64,000 nucleotides of DNA from the human T2T-CHM13v2.0 reference genome, Homo sapiens, in assembly GCF_009914755.1 (NCBI RefSeq), contig NC_060926.1. The stretch is one strand, 5' to 3'. Shown here piece after piece: positions 1-50,115 of this stretch. Made by a program: the position numbers and the translations under genes. Each line of letters begins with the position of its first letter. Positions within the stretch are counted from its first letter, which is position 1. The notes beneath the pieces were generated by a model. That model saw only the letters and a program-made list of their open reading frames with translations. It was not told the origin of the DNA and searched no databases.

Positions 1-1499
1 GGCTCCCTAGATGGAAGCTGCAATTGCTCAGGCCGTGAGTCCAAACAGGACTCGCGCTTATAGGCGTGGAGCGGAGCTGGATTTCTCCCTTGGCTAACAC
101 AGCGGGAAGGATGAGGTGCGGGCCGTAGCCGCGCTGCCGCGCTGAGTCCGTCCGGCGGGGATGCCCACAGTGCGCCGCGCCCGCTGGAGGGCAGCAGAGG
201 GCCAGGCTCCCGGCTCAGGTCTCCGGCCTCGCGGCTCCAAGGACCCCGGGCTCCGCCCGGCCACGCCTCGTCCTCCCCTATTTTCTCCTTCCTTTTCGCG
301 GCTTTCCCTCCTCTACCAGACCCGGCAGGAAGAAAGCCACCCACAAACGAATAAGCATGCCCTTGCCCTGCCCGTGCGTGGCACTCCGCATCCGCTTAGC
401 TCTTCCCCGCCGCCCGAAGGCGGGCGTCTCCCCCTCTCTGCGGAGCAGGCGGCGGCGGCTGCGAGTCCGTGACTCGACCAAGGTCACGCAGCAAAGTCAG
501 CGACCAAGCTCTGTTCCGCAGACGCCAGGGCCAAAGCCCACACTTTCCCTAAAGCCCCGAGTGCACGCGCGTTTCCAGAACGGGAGAACTTTGGAGACCA
601 ACTTCTGCATTTTCAAAGGGGGCCAGCCTGGGCCCAGTTTAATCTCCGGCGGAGGACCGGGGTTGCGGGAAATGCGCCGGGGAGTGAGGGCTTCCCGGAT
701 CCCCCGCCGCCGACTCCGCGCGGGCCAGCGGCGCGGGGCGGGCCGGGATCAGCGCCTCCCCGGGAGAGCGCAGCCGCCGCCCCCTCCTCTCGGGCTCCCG
801 GCCCCTCCCCAGCCCCTCGGCCCCCATCCTGCGCGTGGGAGAAACCGCCGACCGCGCGGCCTCCAGGGGCTGGCGGAGCAGCGGTGGCGACGCGCCAGAC
901 TCCGTCCTGGGCTGGCCCGTGCCGGGCGGGGCGGGGCCGGCTCCCTCCGCCCTTCCCGGGCAGGCGCGGGGGGGCCGCAGGGACGCCTCCCGGAGTGGCC
1001 GCCGCGCCTAGGCCAATGAGCGCGCGGGGAGCGGCGATGGAGGCTGGGGCGGCCGGGAGCGCCCGGGACCCCCGCCGCCGCGCCGCCGCCGCCGCGCCCC
1101 CGCGCCCCGGCGCCCGCGGGGCTGGAGAGGGGGCGACAGAGGCGCAGCGCCCGCGCCGGGCATGGAGGCGCCGCTGGCCCGCGCTGGCCGTCCGCGCTGC
1201 GTTTCGCGCCGCCGCCGCCGCCGCGCCTCGAAGTTTGCCGGCTGACTCGGAAAGTTGCGCTCGGGCTCGGCCGCCGCGTCCGGTCCCCGCGTCCAGCCTC
1301 CGGCCTGACCCGCTCGCCGCCGCCGCCGCCCTCCACGGGGCCCCGGCCCAGCCAACCCAGCAGCCCCGCCTGCCGGGGGCATGTGAGCCGTCGCCGCCCC
1401 CGAGAGGCCGTGCGGGCTGCAGGGGCCCCGGTGCCTCCGAGGCAGCGCGTGGGCGAGGGGTGCGCCCGGGCCCCAGGGCCCCAGGCAGCCCGGCTTGCC

Positions 1500-38531
<37,032 letters not shown>

Positions 38532-38649
38532 GACACGTCCAAAGGAGTGCATGGCCACAGCCACCTCCACCCCCAAGAAACCTCCATCCTGCCAGGAGCA
38601 GCCTCCAAGAAACTTTTAAAAAATAGATTTGCAAAAAGTGAACAGATTG

Positions 38650-38651
<2 letters not shown>

Positions 38652-38688
<37 letters not shown>
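38652..38688. repeat. (AC)~18 microsatellite in the KCNIP3 3' UTR
   Basis: Pure AC run seen directly. Confidence 0.95.
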
Positions 38689-38689
<1 letters not shown>

Positions 38690-40536
38690 CCATTCATCTG
38701 GGCTGGCAGAGGGGACAGAGTTCAGGGAGGGGCTGAGTCTGGCTAGGGGCCGAGTCCAGGAGCCCCAGCCAGCCCTTCCCAGGCCAGCGAGGCGAGGCTG
38801 CCTCTGGGTGAGTGGCTGACAGAGCAGGTCTGCAGGCCACCAGCTGCTGGATGTCACCAAGAAGGGGCTCGAGTGCCCCTGCAGGGGAGGGTCCAATCTC
38901 CGGTGTGAGCCCACCTCGTCCCGTTCTCCATTCTGCTTTCTTGCCACACAGTGGGCCGGCCCCAGGCTCCCCTGGTCTCCTCCCCGTAGCCACTCTCTGC
39001 CCACTACCTATGCTTCTAGAAAGCCCCTCACCTCAGGACCCCAGAGGGACCAGCTGGGGGGCAGGGGGGAGAGGGGGTAATGGAGGCCAAGCCTGCAGCT
39101 TTCTGGAAATTCTTCCCTGGGGGTCCCAGGATCCCCTGCTACTCCACTGACCTGGAAGAGCTGGGTACCAGGCCACCCACTGTGGGGCAAGCCTGAGTGG
39201 TGAGGGGCCACTGGGCCCCATTCTCCCTCCATGGCAGGAAGGCGGGGGATTTCAAGTTTAGGGATTGGGTCGTGGTGGAGAATCTGAGGGCACTCTCTGC
39301 CAGCTCCACAGGGTGGGATGAGCCTCTCCTTGCCCCAGTCCTGGTTCAGTGGGAATGCAGTGGGTGGGGCTGTACACACCCTCCAGCACAGACTGTTCCC
39401 TCCAAGGTCCTCTTAGGTCCCGGGAGGAACGTGGTTCAGAGACTGGCAGCCAGGGAGCCCGGGGCAGAGCTCAGAGGAGTCTGGGAAGGGGCGTGTCCCT
39501 CCTCTTCCTGTAGTGCCCCTCCCATGGCCCAGCAGCTTGGCTGAGCCCCCTCTCCTGAAGCAGTGTCGCCGTCCCTCTGCCTTGCACAAAAAGCACAAGC
39601 ATTCCTTAGCAGCTCAGGCGCAGCCCTAGTGGGAGCCCAGCACACTGCTTCTCGGAGGCCAGGCCCTCCTGCTGGCTGAGGCTTGGGCCCAGTAGCCCCA
39701 ATATGGTGGCCCTGGGGAAGAGGCCTTGGGGGTCTGCTCTGTGCCTGGGATCAGTGGGGCCCCAAAGCCCAGCCCGGCTGACCAACATTCAAAAGCACAA
39801 ACCCTGGGGACTCTGCTTGGCTGTCCCCTCCATCTGGGGATGGAGAATGCCAGCCCAAAGCTGGAGCCAATGGTGAGGGCTGAGAGGGCTGTGGCTGGGT
39901 GGTCAGCAGAAACCCCCAGGAGGAGAGAGATGCTGCTCCCGCCTGATTGGGGCCTCACCCAGAAGGAACCCGGTCCCAGGCCGCATGGCCCCTCCAGGAA
40001 CATTCCCACATAATACATTCCATCACAGCCAGCCCAGCTCCACTCAGGGCTGGCCCGGGGAGTCCCCGTGTGCCCCAAGAGGCTAGCCCCAGGGTGAGCA
40101 GGGCCCTCAGAGGAAAGGCAGTATGGCGGAGGCCATGGGGGCCCCTCGGCATTCACACACAGCCTGGCCTCCCCTGCGGAGCTGCATGGACGCCTGGCTC
40201 CAGGCTCCAGGCTGACTGGGGGCCTCTGCCTCCAGGAGGGCATCAGCTTTCCCTGGCTCAGGGATCTTCTCCCTCCCCTCACCCGCTGCCCAGCCCTCCC
40301 AGCTGGTGTCACTCTGCCTCTAAGGCCAAGGCCTCAGGAGAGCATCACCACCACACCCCTGCCGGCCTTGGCCTTGGGGCCAGACTGGCTGCACAGCCCA
40401 ACCAGGAGGGGTCTGCCTCCCACGCTGGGACACAGACCGGCCGCATGTCTGCATGGCAGAAGCGTCTCCCTTGGCCACGGCCTGGGAGGGTGGTTCCTGT
40501 TCTCAGCATCCACTAATATTCAGTCCTGTATATTTT

Positions 40537-40547
40537 AATAAAATAAA
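40537..40547 (+). terminator. KCNIP3: KCNIP3 polyadenylation signal (two overlapping AATAAA)
   Basis: AATAAAATAAA preceded by TGTATATTTT (UGUA element) in otherwise GC-rich sequence. Confidence 0.88.
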
Positions 40548-41128
40548 CTTGACAAAGGAGAGGGATTCCTGTTGGCTTTATCCTAGCTCTGAACTTCAGC
40601 TCAGCTCTTCCCACCCCTGCTGCCATTAGCCGTGGATCCTGCCTGGTGCTGTGCTGGTAAATGTTTGACAGCTGGCTCTGGGGGCAGAGAATGCCGCTCA
40701 AATTCTCAGGCTCACAGTGTGACCTCACTGAGGCCGAGTGAGGCCGAGATGCACACAGTGGGCCTTTGTGGCCTTCATGGGAAGCGCCAGCCCTGCAGCC
40801 TCCGCACAGACCCCACAGGGCAGGAGGACTTCTTCCTGAGGCACCATGTGTATTTCACCCCCAGATAATTTTTCTTTCCCAGTTCCAGGAAGTCATTCTG
40901 GGTGTCCCCTTGGCTGGAGAGTGAGGGTCACGGGGCAGAAGAAAGCAATATTTGCCTGAACACATCTCCTGGTGTTTATTTTCAGAAGTATAAGCCCTGT
41001 GAGGACAATGCCAGGGAAGGGACAAGAATGAAAGCCTGGGAGGAGGGAGGAGGAGGGTTCCCCAACTCACCAGTTCAGATTGAAGAAATCCAAACACGTT
41101 CTAAGCAAGTGAGATAAAAGGGAACTCA

Positions 41129-41669
<541 letters not shown>

Positions 41670-41714
41670 TTACTTCATGTGGAAGCAAGGCGATCTCCCA
41701 GCTAAAAGTTCCAA

Positions 41715-42436
41715 GATGCAAGAAGCATGAAGGGTGTAGACAGCAGTAAATATTAAGGGAATCTAAAGAAATGCAATGTTACTTACAAAAATAGTAAAAA
41801 AAAATCAGCATAATTTCCAAAAATAGCTAATGCCATATTTCTAGCCTCACTGCTCTCCCAGACCTTATCGCTTCCTCATCAAGAGATGGAGACTAGTTTT
41901 CCTGCCCTCAAAACTCAGTAGGACTTCATGTGACTGTCTTGATGAATAGAACATGGCAGAAGTGAGGCTCACTCACTCACATGCGTGATAGCCGGTGCTG
42001 CTGGCAGTAAGCGGGAACATCAGTTGGGGTTGTTGGCAGGAAACATATATGGGCTCTCCATGTGGCCTGGGCTTCCCTACAATGTGGCAGCTAGGTTCCG
42101 GTTCCCAAGGGCAGGTGTCCTAAGAGAGAACCAAGCACCAGCCGTATTGCCTTTGATGAGCTAGCCTCAGAGGTCAAGCTGCATCACTTCTTCCACGTTC
42201 TAGTCAACAAGAGTCACATGAAGTCCTACTGAGTTTTGAGTGTAGGAGAACTAGTCTCCATCTCTTGATGAGGAAGTGATAAAGTCTGGGAGAGCAATGG
42301 CGCTAGAAATATTGCATTAGCTATTTTTGGAAATTATACTTTTTTTTTTTTTTTTACTATTTTTGCAAGTAACATTGCATTTCTTTATATTCCCTCAATA
42401 TTTACTGCTCTCTACGCCCTTCATGCTTCTTGCGTC
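41715..42436. repeat. Long inverted repeat (arms 41715-41968 and 42181-42436)
   Basis: The right arm is the reverse complement of the left over about 250 bp, for example ctcaaaactcagtaggacttcatgtgact versus agtcacatgaagtcctactgagttttgag. Confidence 0.93.
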
Positions 42437-43816
42437 AGCCTCAAGCACACAGGACAGACAGAAGCTCCCCACGCACCCTTGTGACATAGTCACCCATCTG
42501 CCACAACACAAACCCCAGTTCACCATTCACCAGCTGTGTGACCTTGGGCAAGTCACACAATCTCTCTATGCCTCGGTTTTCTCATCTGTAAAACAAGCAC
42601 AAGGAGAGAGCCTGCATTACAGAATCCGGCTTAGATGAGCACAGGATGTTCAGATACCACATCCAGCTCCAGCAATGGGTGGACCATCTCATGGCCTGGC
42701 TTTTGGGAGCGGACCATTCCCTGCCCCAGAACTGCTTCTGCGAAACGCGGCTGCCCTCTGCCTCGATTCTCTGTCATGTGCAGCATCTTCTCTCCGTTAG
42801 GGCACACTCCCACCTCCCCCAGAGGAGTTGACTGGACTGAAGATGGCCCTTTCTGCTGGGCATGTCTTTCCCCTGCCAAGCCTTTCAATGGCCCATGGAT
42901 TGGCTTCCCATGGGACAGGGTCGGGGCTGGTCCAATCCGCTCTGGGAGCCAGCACTGTGCGGCTCCCATCCAGACATCAACGCAGAAGTCTGGGTGGGAA
43001 AGGGGCAAAGGCAGGGGAGTCCTCTTGCTCCCCTCACCCTGCCCTGAGGACAGAGTAGAGCTGTGTCCCCAGTCCACATCCCAGGTGACTGCTTGACATA
43101 TGCCATGTCTCTAAAGCCTTGTAGCATCTAGGGCGCAGGGCAATGCTTCCATTCGGGAACTTTCTGTGTCATCTTGAGAATGTCAGTTTACCTTGCTGAG
43201 CCTCGGTTTCCCTTATCTGTAAAATAAGCAACGACAACACAAAACTCCTCTGCTAGGGCTGGTGTGATGATTTCGCATGCACATCTACTCGTCTCTTAAT
43301 AAACACGGGCGTCCCTCCTTCCTAGCCACTGACGTGTGCCTGCATCTCTCCCTTTTTACGAAATGGTGACTCACACCCATAAGCCATCAGAGAGCGGACA
43401 GACATTTCAGGAGTTTCCAGGTATTGGAAACAAATCCGTGCTGGTCCCCAGTTTTCCTGGTAACCCCAAGGCCCGTGTGAGGACCAGCAGGCTGAGGAGG
43501 GGTAGTCTGGGCCATCGGGCCACAGCAGGCCACTCTCACTGCGCGGAAATAGGGAGGGAAGAGGGCCCAGAGCTGGCGCTGGCACCCGTGGGCCTGGCCT
43601 GTCTCATTCACCCCAACAAGGGCCCTCTCGACAGCGTAGGGTGGGAAAGGCGGGTCCAGAGACGGTGGCCAGCGTGCCCACACCCTCCCCGTTGTGCCCT
43701 GTAGCACAGCTTTCCAGAGAATTGGCCGCTCGGGTTTAGAAGGTCCCAGGCTTCTCGGCTGCAGGAGAGATTTCGCAGGAGACAGGAGTGAGGCGTTCGA
43801 GTGCTGCGTCCCCCAC

Positions 43817-43835
43817 TGACCGCCAGGGGGCGACT
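43817..43835 (+). promoter_or_regulatory. CTCF motif in an intergenic CpG-rich patch
   Basis: TGACCGCCAGGGGGCGACT compared with consensus TGGCCACCAGGGGGCGCTA. Confidence 0.65.
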
Positions 43836-46800
43836 GGGCCCCACCGCGGCCTCCAGCTCCTTCAGTCCTTCGGCCCGAGGAAGCTCCTTGGAGGGAGCTT
43901 GTCATTTCCTTCACAGCCCCAAATACACGTTCCTATTTCTGCCTCACTCTCCACATGGTTTGCCCCCAAAACTGAATGTATCAAGTAACGAGCGCACCGA
44001 GTGCACCAAGCTGGGTGCTGGGGACAGGCATGACGCGTGCCCCGGCCTAATTCCCCGGGGCGCTCCTAAGAAGCCTGCACGTGACCCGCTAGGCTTTCCG
44101 GACCGGACCGAAGACAGCTTGCGAACCCCACTCACACCCTTCACAGGCCCCTGTCGGGTCCGGAAGGCAGGAGACAGCGGCCTTCCAGGAGCCCACGGAA
44201 GGAGACCCTTGCAGATAAATGAGGCTCACAGACCTGGACTTTGGCAGGACCACGGCCTGCCCCAGGGAGGTGGAGACGTTTCTGCACTCTCTAGGGACTC
44301 TGTGGTCCCTAACCTGTGCCCCGTGGCCCCGAACCCTCAGGAACACCAACACCGTCCTTCAAGTTCACAGCCACCTCCCAGGCTCCCGAGGCTGCACAGT
44401 GCTTCGCCCTCCCTGAGCCTAATCATTGCGTCTTTGCTTCGGGCGAGGCTTTGACCTTCACTCCCCACGCCTTCCAAGCGCTGTGTTCCCAGCTCTAGGC
44501 AAGGCAGGTGCCATTCTCCATTTATTAAACACCTTCCACACACAGGGCACAGTTGCATCTTGAGTCCACACGGAAGAGGCCGCAGTTCCTGCTGTCAGGA
44601 AATTCAAGTCTTGTGGGGACAGCAGAAGGCAGTGAGAACAGGCCCTGATGGTGATGGGGTGATGCGGGAAGTGACCTCAGGGCACAGGCTGGAGATTGCA
44701 CTTGTGGGGATGCGATGGATGGCACATACATCCCCTAGAACTGTGAATAGAATAGGAGTGAGCAGAACCTTCCTTGGTGTGGGACATGTCTCCCATGTGT
44801 TCAGATCACTGTGGAGCCTTTGATCCCCATCACCTGCCCTGACTTTCTGGCAGACGCATTCCAGGCGGAGTTGTCTAGAGTGAGTAAGGCTTTGACACCT
44901 ACTGTGGAGGACCTCTCTGACCCAGTTCTGCCCTCCTCCAAAGGTGGTTCTTTGATCTGTTCATTGCCCTCATCAACCTTCTGTGTCCCAGACAAGCCCC
45001 CAAGTCCAGAGGCACTGCTGCCAGCCCAAAGTAGGTACTGGGCCCTCCCCCAGCCCTCTGGCCCTCTCACCTGGGTCCCAGCCCCTTGGGTTAGGGGCCT
45101 ACCAAAGGCTGGGCATTCCTGGAGAGGAAATCACTGGTCATGTGTGGGCCAGCTGCGGTGGCCTGGACTTTGTCCCAGCCACCTGATTGCCAAGGGAATG
45201 TGCAGAGTCCAGCTCCCTGCAAGGTGAGCTTCACAGGGGTCAGAGATTGGGAAAGAGAGTTGGGGGCTGGGGAGAGGTGGGGCCCTGCTTCACAGGGAAG
45301 GGGATCTGAGGGCCGGTGACAGAGCCAGCATGGCCAGGAGTAACCTCATGCCTGTGTGAGGCCAAGATGGTACCAGGAAGAAACTCTCCCCACCCCACCC
45401 ACACCCCCGCCACTCAAACATCTCATGGATCTAGAAGGGGAACATACGGGTCTTGTTCGCCTTTGGCCAGAGCTGAGAGGTCCTGGCGAAGGGGCTGTGT
45501 AGCGGGCGGGGACCTGTCAGGAAGGCCCTGTGTGGCCCTGGAAGGGAGTCAGCCTCCTCCTGCACAGCGCCAGAGTGCAGCCATCTTTAAGTGGTGGTGG
45601 CAGCACTCAGTGGACCACCATTGCCTCCCCTGCCCACCCCCACCCGACTGCTGCCTGGCCACCGAGGGCCATCAGTCTTAGCACTGGGCTCCATGCCAGC
45701 CCTGCGCACCTTTCTGTTCTCTCTGTTCCTCAAGCAGGAAACCCGGCTTCTCTGGAGCTCACCAGGCCCAGCCATACCTGCCTTTGCTCCTGCTCTTTGA
45801 CCCGTGCACAGAGCTCCCTCTGTTCAGCTCTTGACCAGCTTTGAACATAATCAAACCCTCCACGGATAAAGGATCTATGTCTACCCCATCCCTCTGCCTG
45901 AGATAAAAGGCCCCCAGGAACTTCTCTCTTGCTTGTGGCCTTGGGCACCATGAGGGCAAGGAGGAAGGTCTCCTGACCGAGCACCACTCTTCTGCCTCCC
46001 CAGCCTCCTCCCTCTTCTACTGCCAGTAGCCCCCAGTCTCACTGGGGGACCCCTCCTCCATTCTCCATCCATGAAGCCTTGGAGTCAGCCCTCACCTCCA
46101 AGGAAAAAAGAGCAAGGCCAGGCCTAAGCCACTGGGTGCATTGCCCCCCTCGGGTCATAGTGATTGGTGGAGGGGCGGGCACATGACCTGATTATCGTCA
46201 TTAAGGCCCAGGGAGACCTTTGCTGGGAAGGCTGGGAAAGATGCTCCCTCCTCCCCCATCTCTGAAGCTGCAAAGGTGTGAGTCCTGGAGCTGTTGCTGC
46301 CATTTTGTCACTGTGAGGAGCCATGGAAGGAAGCCAGCAAGGGAAGTCCTCACTGAGAGGAAACAAAACCTGGGAGAGCATCAGCCCTGCAACTGCACCT
46401 GAAGCCACCTCCTTCCAATCGCTGGACTATTCACTTATGCGAGCCAGTGGGGAGGCAAGACTCAGCCAGTGCTGCTGAAGTGAAGGTCACAGGGAGGGAG
46501 GCCCTGGCAGGGCTCCCAGGGAGGGGCCAGGCACAGGGCCCTGAGCCTTTGGGGTCGTGAGGCCAGCTGTGGGGTTACACCAGGGTTGAAGGCTCTTAGA
46601 GATATATCTGCTGGCAGGCTGCCTGCACTGGAGGGCCTCAGCCTGGGCACCCACCCCAGCCCAGCCCCTCCTCCATGTACTTTCCTCTCCCGAGCTCTCC
46701 TGGCTGTGTCCCAACCCAGGAACACAGCATGTGACGCCAGGTGGCACTTTTTCCCAGTTTTGAAAAATCACTAAATACAGTAAAACATCCAGAAACTAAA

Positions 46801-49192
46801 AATAAGGCCCCAAGGAGCCAGGCATCCGTTATTTCCTGACAGCCAACCAGGATTTAGAAATCCGCAAGTTTCTTGCTTTGTTGACAAACTTTCCCAGCAG
46901 AAAACTTCCCAAGTAGGTAGAAGTGTGTTCTGGGCAGAGCAAATGGGCCCCAGAGGAGAAGAATCACTGGTCTCCTCCTTTCACCCCCACCGTGCCCCCA
47001 CCCCATTCCCTGCCCACTCCAGGGCCCCATTCCTGCTGCCCCTGCAGATGTGGAAAAAGCGACAAGACACTGTTTGGCAGGGACAACCATCTATCCCATC
47101 TATCCCACCCGATCCCCCGTCTGCCCATTGCTTCATTCATTGAAACAAAAACCAACAAAAAATAAGTTGTGCACCCAGCACTGTGCCAGGGAATGGGGAT
47201 AAAATAGCAGAATACCTGCAAAGCCTTCCCTGGTGGAGCCTATACTTTTTCAGAGACAAGACGTTAATAAATTAAATCCTATGAAAAGTATAAATTTACA
47301 CCCGATGTCATGATCAGGAAGATGAGGCCTATGGTTTGATGAGAGCTTTGGGCCAGGCGCCATGACCTGGGTGCTCCACCAGGGAGCAGCCTTTGAGCCC
47401 AGCTTGCAGGATGAGGAGGAAGGGGCTGGGGAAAGGGGTGAGGGATGGAAGGGAGACAGCACTGCCAGGGGCTGTGGCCAGATCCCAGGCACAAATGCTG
47501 GGGAAATGGGAGAGGCCCACAGGGCAGAGCCACCCTGAAGGTGTTGGCCTCAGCCTGAGAGCAGCACAGAGCCACTGAGGAGTATTAAATTAAATTGGTG
47601 TTTGAAAACCCCACTCTGACTGAAACATGGACACCAGATTGGAAAGGACCCGAGTGGATGCAGAGAAACCAGAGAGGAGGCTATTCTGTTTAGCTATTGC
47701 CACATAGCCACTGAGCTTTATCACATGTCACAAGGCCGGGGCTTGACTGGGCCCACTAGGTGATTCTTGGCACGGTCTCTCAAGCCGATTGCAATTAGAT
47801 AGCAGCTGAGGCAGAAGTCAATTGATAGTTGGAGTGTTCATGGCCAATAGGCATGAGCTGTGGAGCCTCTGGAAGGCACTAATAGAACCATCACAGCTGG
47901 ACTGCTAGGATTGTGGAGCCAGTCTAAACCGTCTCCTGGAGACAATCACTCTTATTTTGAGAAACAGCCTCTTGCTTTGCTGTTGGGCTTTGGTAAAGAC
48001 TGAAAACCTAACCATGGGCTGTCAGGCGACCACATGGCCTGAGCTTCCTAAAACAATCTGTATTGTCTGACCCACCTAGTCATAAGCTGGACGTGCCATC
48101 AAGTGGTAGTGGCAGATAAGAGCTGGAGCTCAGGCAGTGGGGAGGGGATAGCTAAGCTGCAGGAGCAGGTGGCTCAGGTTCTTTTGATGGCAAGTTCAGT
48201 TGCATTGCTTCCTCTCCCTCCATCCCTGCCTATGGCTTTCTGCATGTTCTTTAGGATCAGTTTACTGAGGAAGAAGAAACTCAAGCAAGACTTACTAATG
48301 GATCTGTACAATCGGCCTATACCACCCAAAAGTGACAAACTGCACATGGCAGCCCCACTCAGGGATGACTCTGAAGGGCAGTGGTGAAGGAAGTCCTCCC
48401 ATTAGATAGAACTTTAAGCAGTATATTTGGCTGTCTGGAGTAAGAGATGGCGGAAAGTATGGTGGCAGGAATGGGGTCTATGCATGGTCTCAACTATGTG
48501 GATTTCCCCTTCTCAAGGTGGACCTGGCTGACGCTACTGCTCAGACTCAGTCAGCCAACAACAGAGACCAATGTCAAGTCCCTGCTATGGCACCATTCCC
48601 CATGGAAACTGGCCAGCCACCTGGTGTCAGGTTGATTACACTGGACCTCCTCCATCATGGAAGAGGCAGAGGTTTTCCCCGATAGGACACATATTCTAGA
48701 GGGTTTCAACTTCCCTGCCCAGCATCGTCTATGGACTATAAGAAGCGGGAGTGCTTCTCTCACGAGTACATCTAATAACCTCACTTACAGCAGTTTTGTT
48801 TCTTGTCCTGGCCACTTTGAGCTCTGCTGGCTTGGAGATATTAGTACTCAAAGGGACAGTGCTTCCCCCAGGAGACAGAGAAGTTAAGACTGCTTCCTGG
48901 TCATGTTGGGTTCCTTATGCCACTGAATCAACAGGCAAAACAAGAGGGTTGATCCAGTGGCTGCAGCGATGGGTCGATCCAGTGGCTGCAGCGATGGGTC
49001 CTGATGACCAAGGGGAAAATTTGGTTCCAAGGGAAATATGGTTGCTACAATAGATGCAAGATTCCAGCGAGTTTCACCAGTGTAAAACTACAGCATCCTG
49101 TCTGCCGTCTCCAGCGAGATCTGGCTCTCATGGTCTGTGGGGTGGGAGCTTCTTCCTTGGGTGCTTCCTTGTATCTTAGGAGTTTGGCTGCT

Positions 49193-49495
49193 TTTTTTTT
49201 TTTTTTTTTTGAGACAGGGTCTCCCTCTGTACCCCAGGCTGGAGTACAGTGGCGTGATCATGGCTCACTGCAGCCTCAATCTCCCTGCCTCAAGTAATCC
49301 TCCCAGCTCAGCCTTCTGAGTAGCTGCAACCACAGATGCACACCACCATGGCTGGCTAATTTTTTTATTTTTTATTGTAGAGACAGGGTCTCACTATGTC
49401 GCCCAGGCTGGTCTCAAACTCCTGGGCCCACGAGATCTTCCTGCCTTGGCCTGCAAAGGGCTGGTATTACAGGCATAAAACACCACGCCCAACTT
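49193..49495 (-). mobile_element. AluJ
   Basis: Reverse Alu. Confidence 0.85.
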
Positions 49496-49714
49496 GGCTG
49501 CTCCTTATATCTAGTTCTTCCTTAGTCCTTAGAGTTCTCTTTACTTGTTACCAGCCTATCCCTCATGGCTCCAATCCCCTGTCATAGTTGCTACTTCCCT
49601 GTATTAAACTCAGTCTGTTCCAATCCCTGTGTGATTTCTCTCTCCTGATCAGACCTAGACTGATGCACTGTCCTGAGAGCCAGGAGGCAGCTGGGTCACT
49701 GATTAGAACCTAGT

Positions 49715-50115
49715 TGTGATGAACTGGATTGTGCCCTCTCCTCATCCACATGTTGAAGTCCTAACCCCAGTACCTCAGAATGTGACTGGATTTGGTGATA
49801 GCGCCTTTAAAGAGGTAATGCAATTAAAATGAGGGCTCTAGGGTGGGCACTAATCCAACCTGATTGGCATCCTTATAAGGAGAGGAAATTAGGACACATA
49901 AAGAGACACAAGTGCCATGTGTGCACAGAGGGACAACCATGTGCAGAGGCAGCCAGGAGACAGCCACCTGTAAGCCAAGGAGAAAGGCCTCAGAAGAACC
50001 CAGCCCACCGACACTATGATCTCAGACTCCTGGCCTCCAGAACTGAGGTGACAAATTGCTGCTGTTTAAGCCCCCCAGGCTATGGTACTTTTTGCAGCAG
50101 CCAAGCAGGCTGACA
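49715..50115 (+). mobile_element. MLT1 (B-like) LTR
   Basis: atgttgaagtcctaaccccagtacctcagaatgtgact..tggcctccagaactg..tgtttaagcc. Confidence 0.8.

Larger units (their letters stand above)
38532..40560 (+). other. KCNIP3: KCNIP3 3' UTR (about 2 kb)
   Basis: Repeat-poor GC-rich sequence from the stop codon to the poly(A) signal. Confidence 0.8.

Noticed and set aside
1383-1499. N-terminal extension of KChIP3x in the ORF track (124 aa)
   Set aside because: It starts at a GTG in weak context. The Kozak ATG at 1500 matches the known N-terminus.
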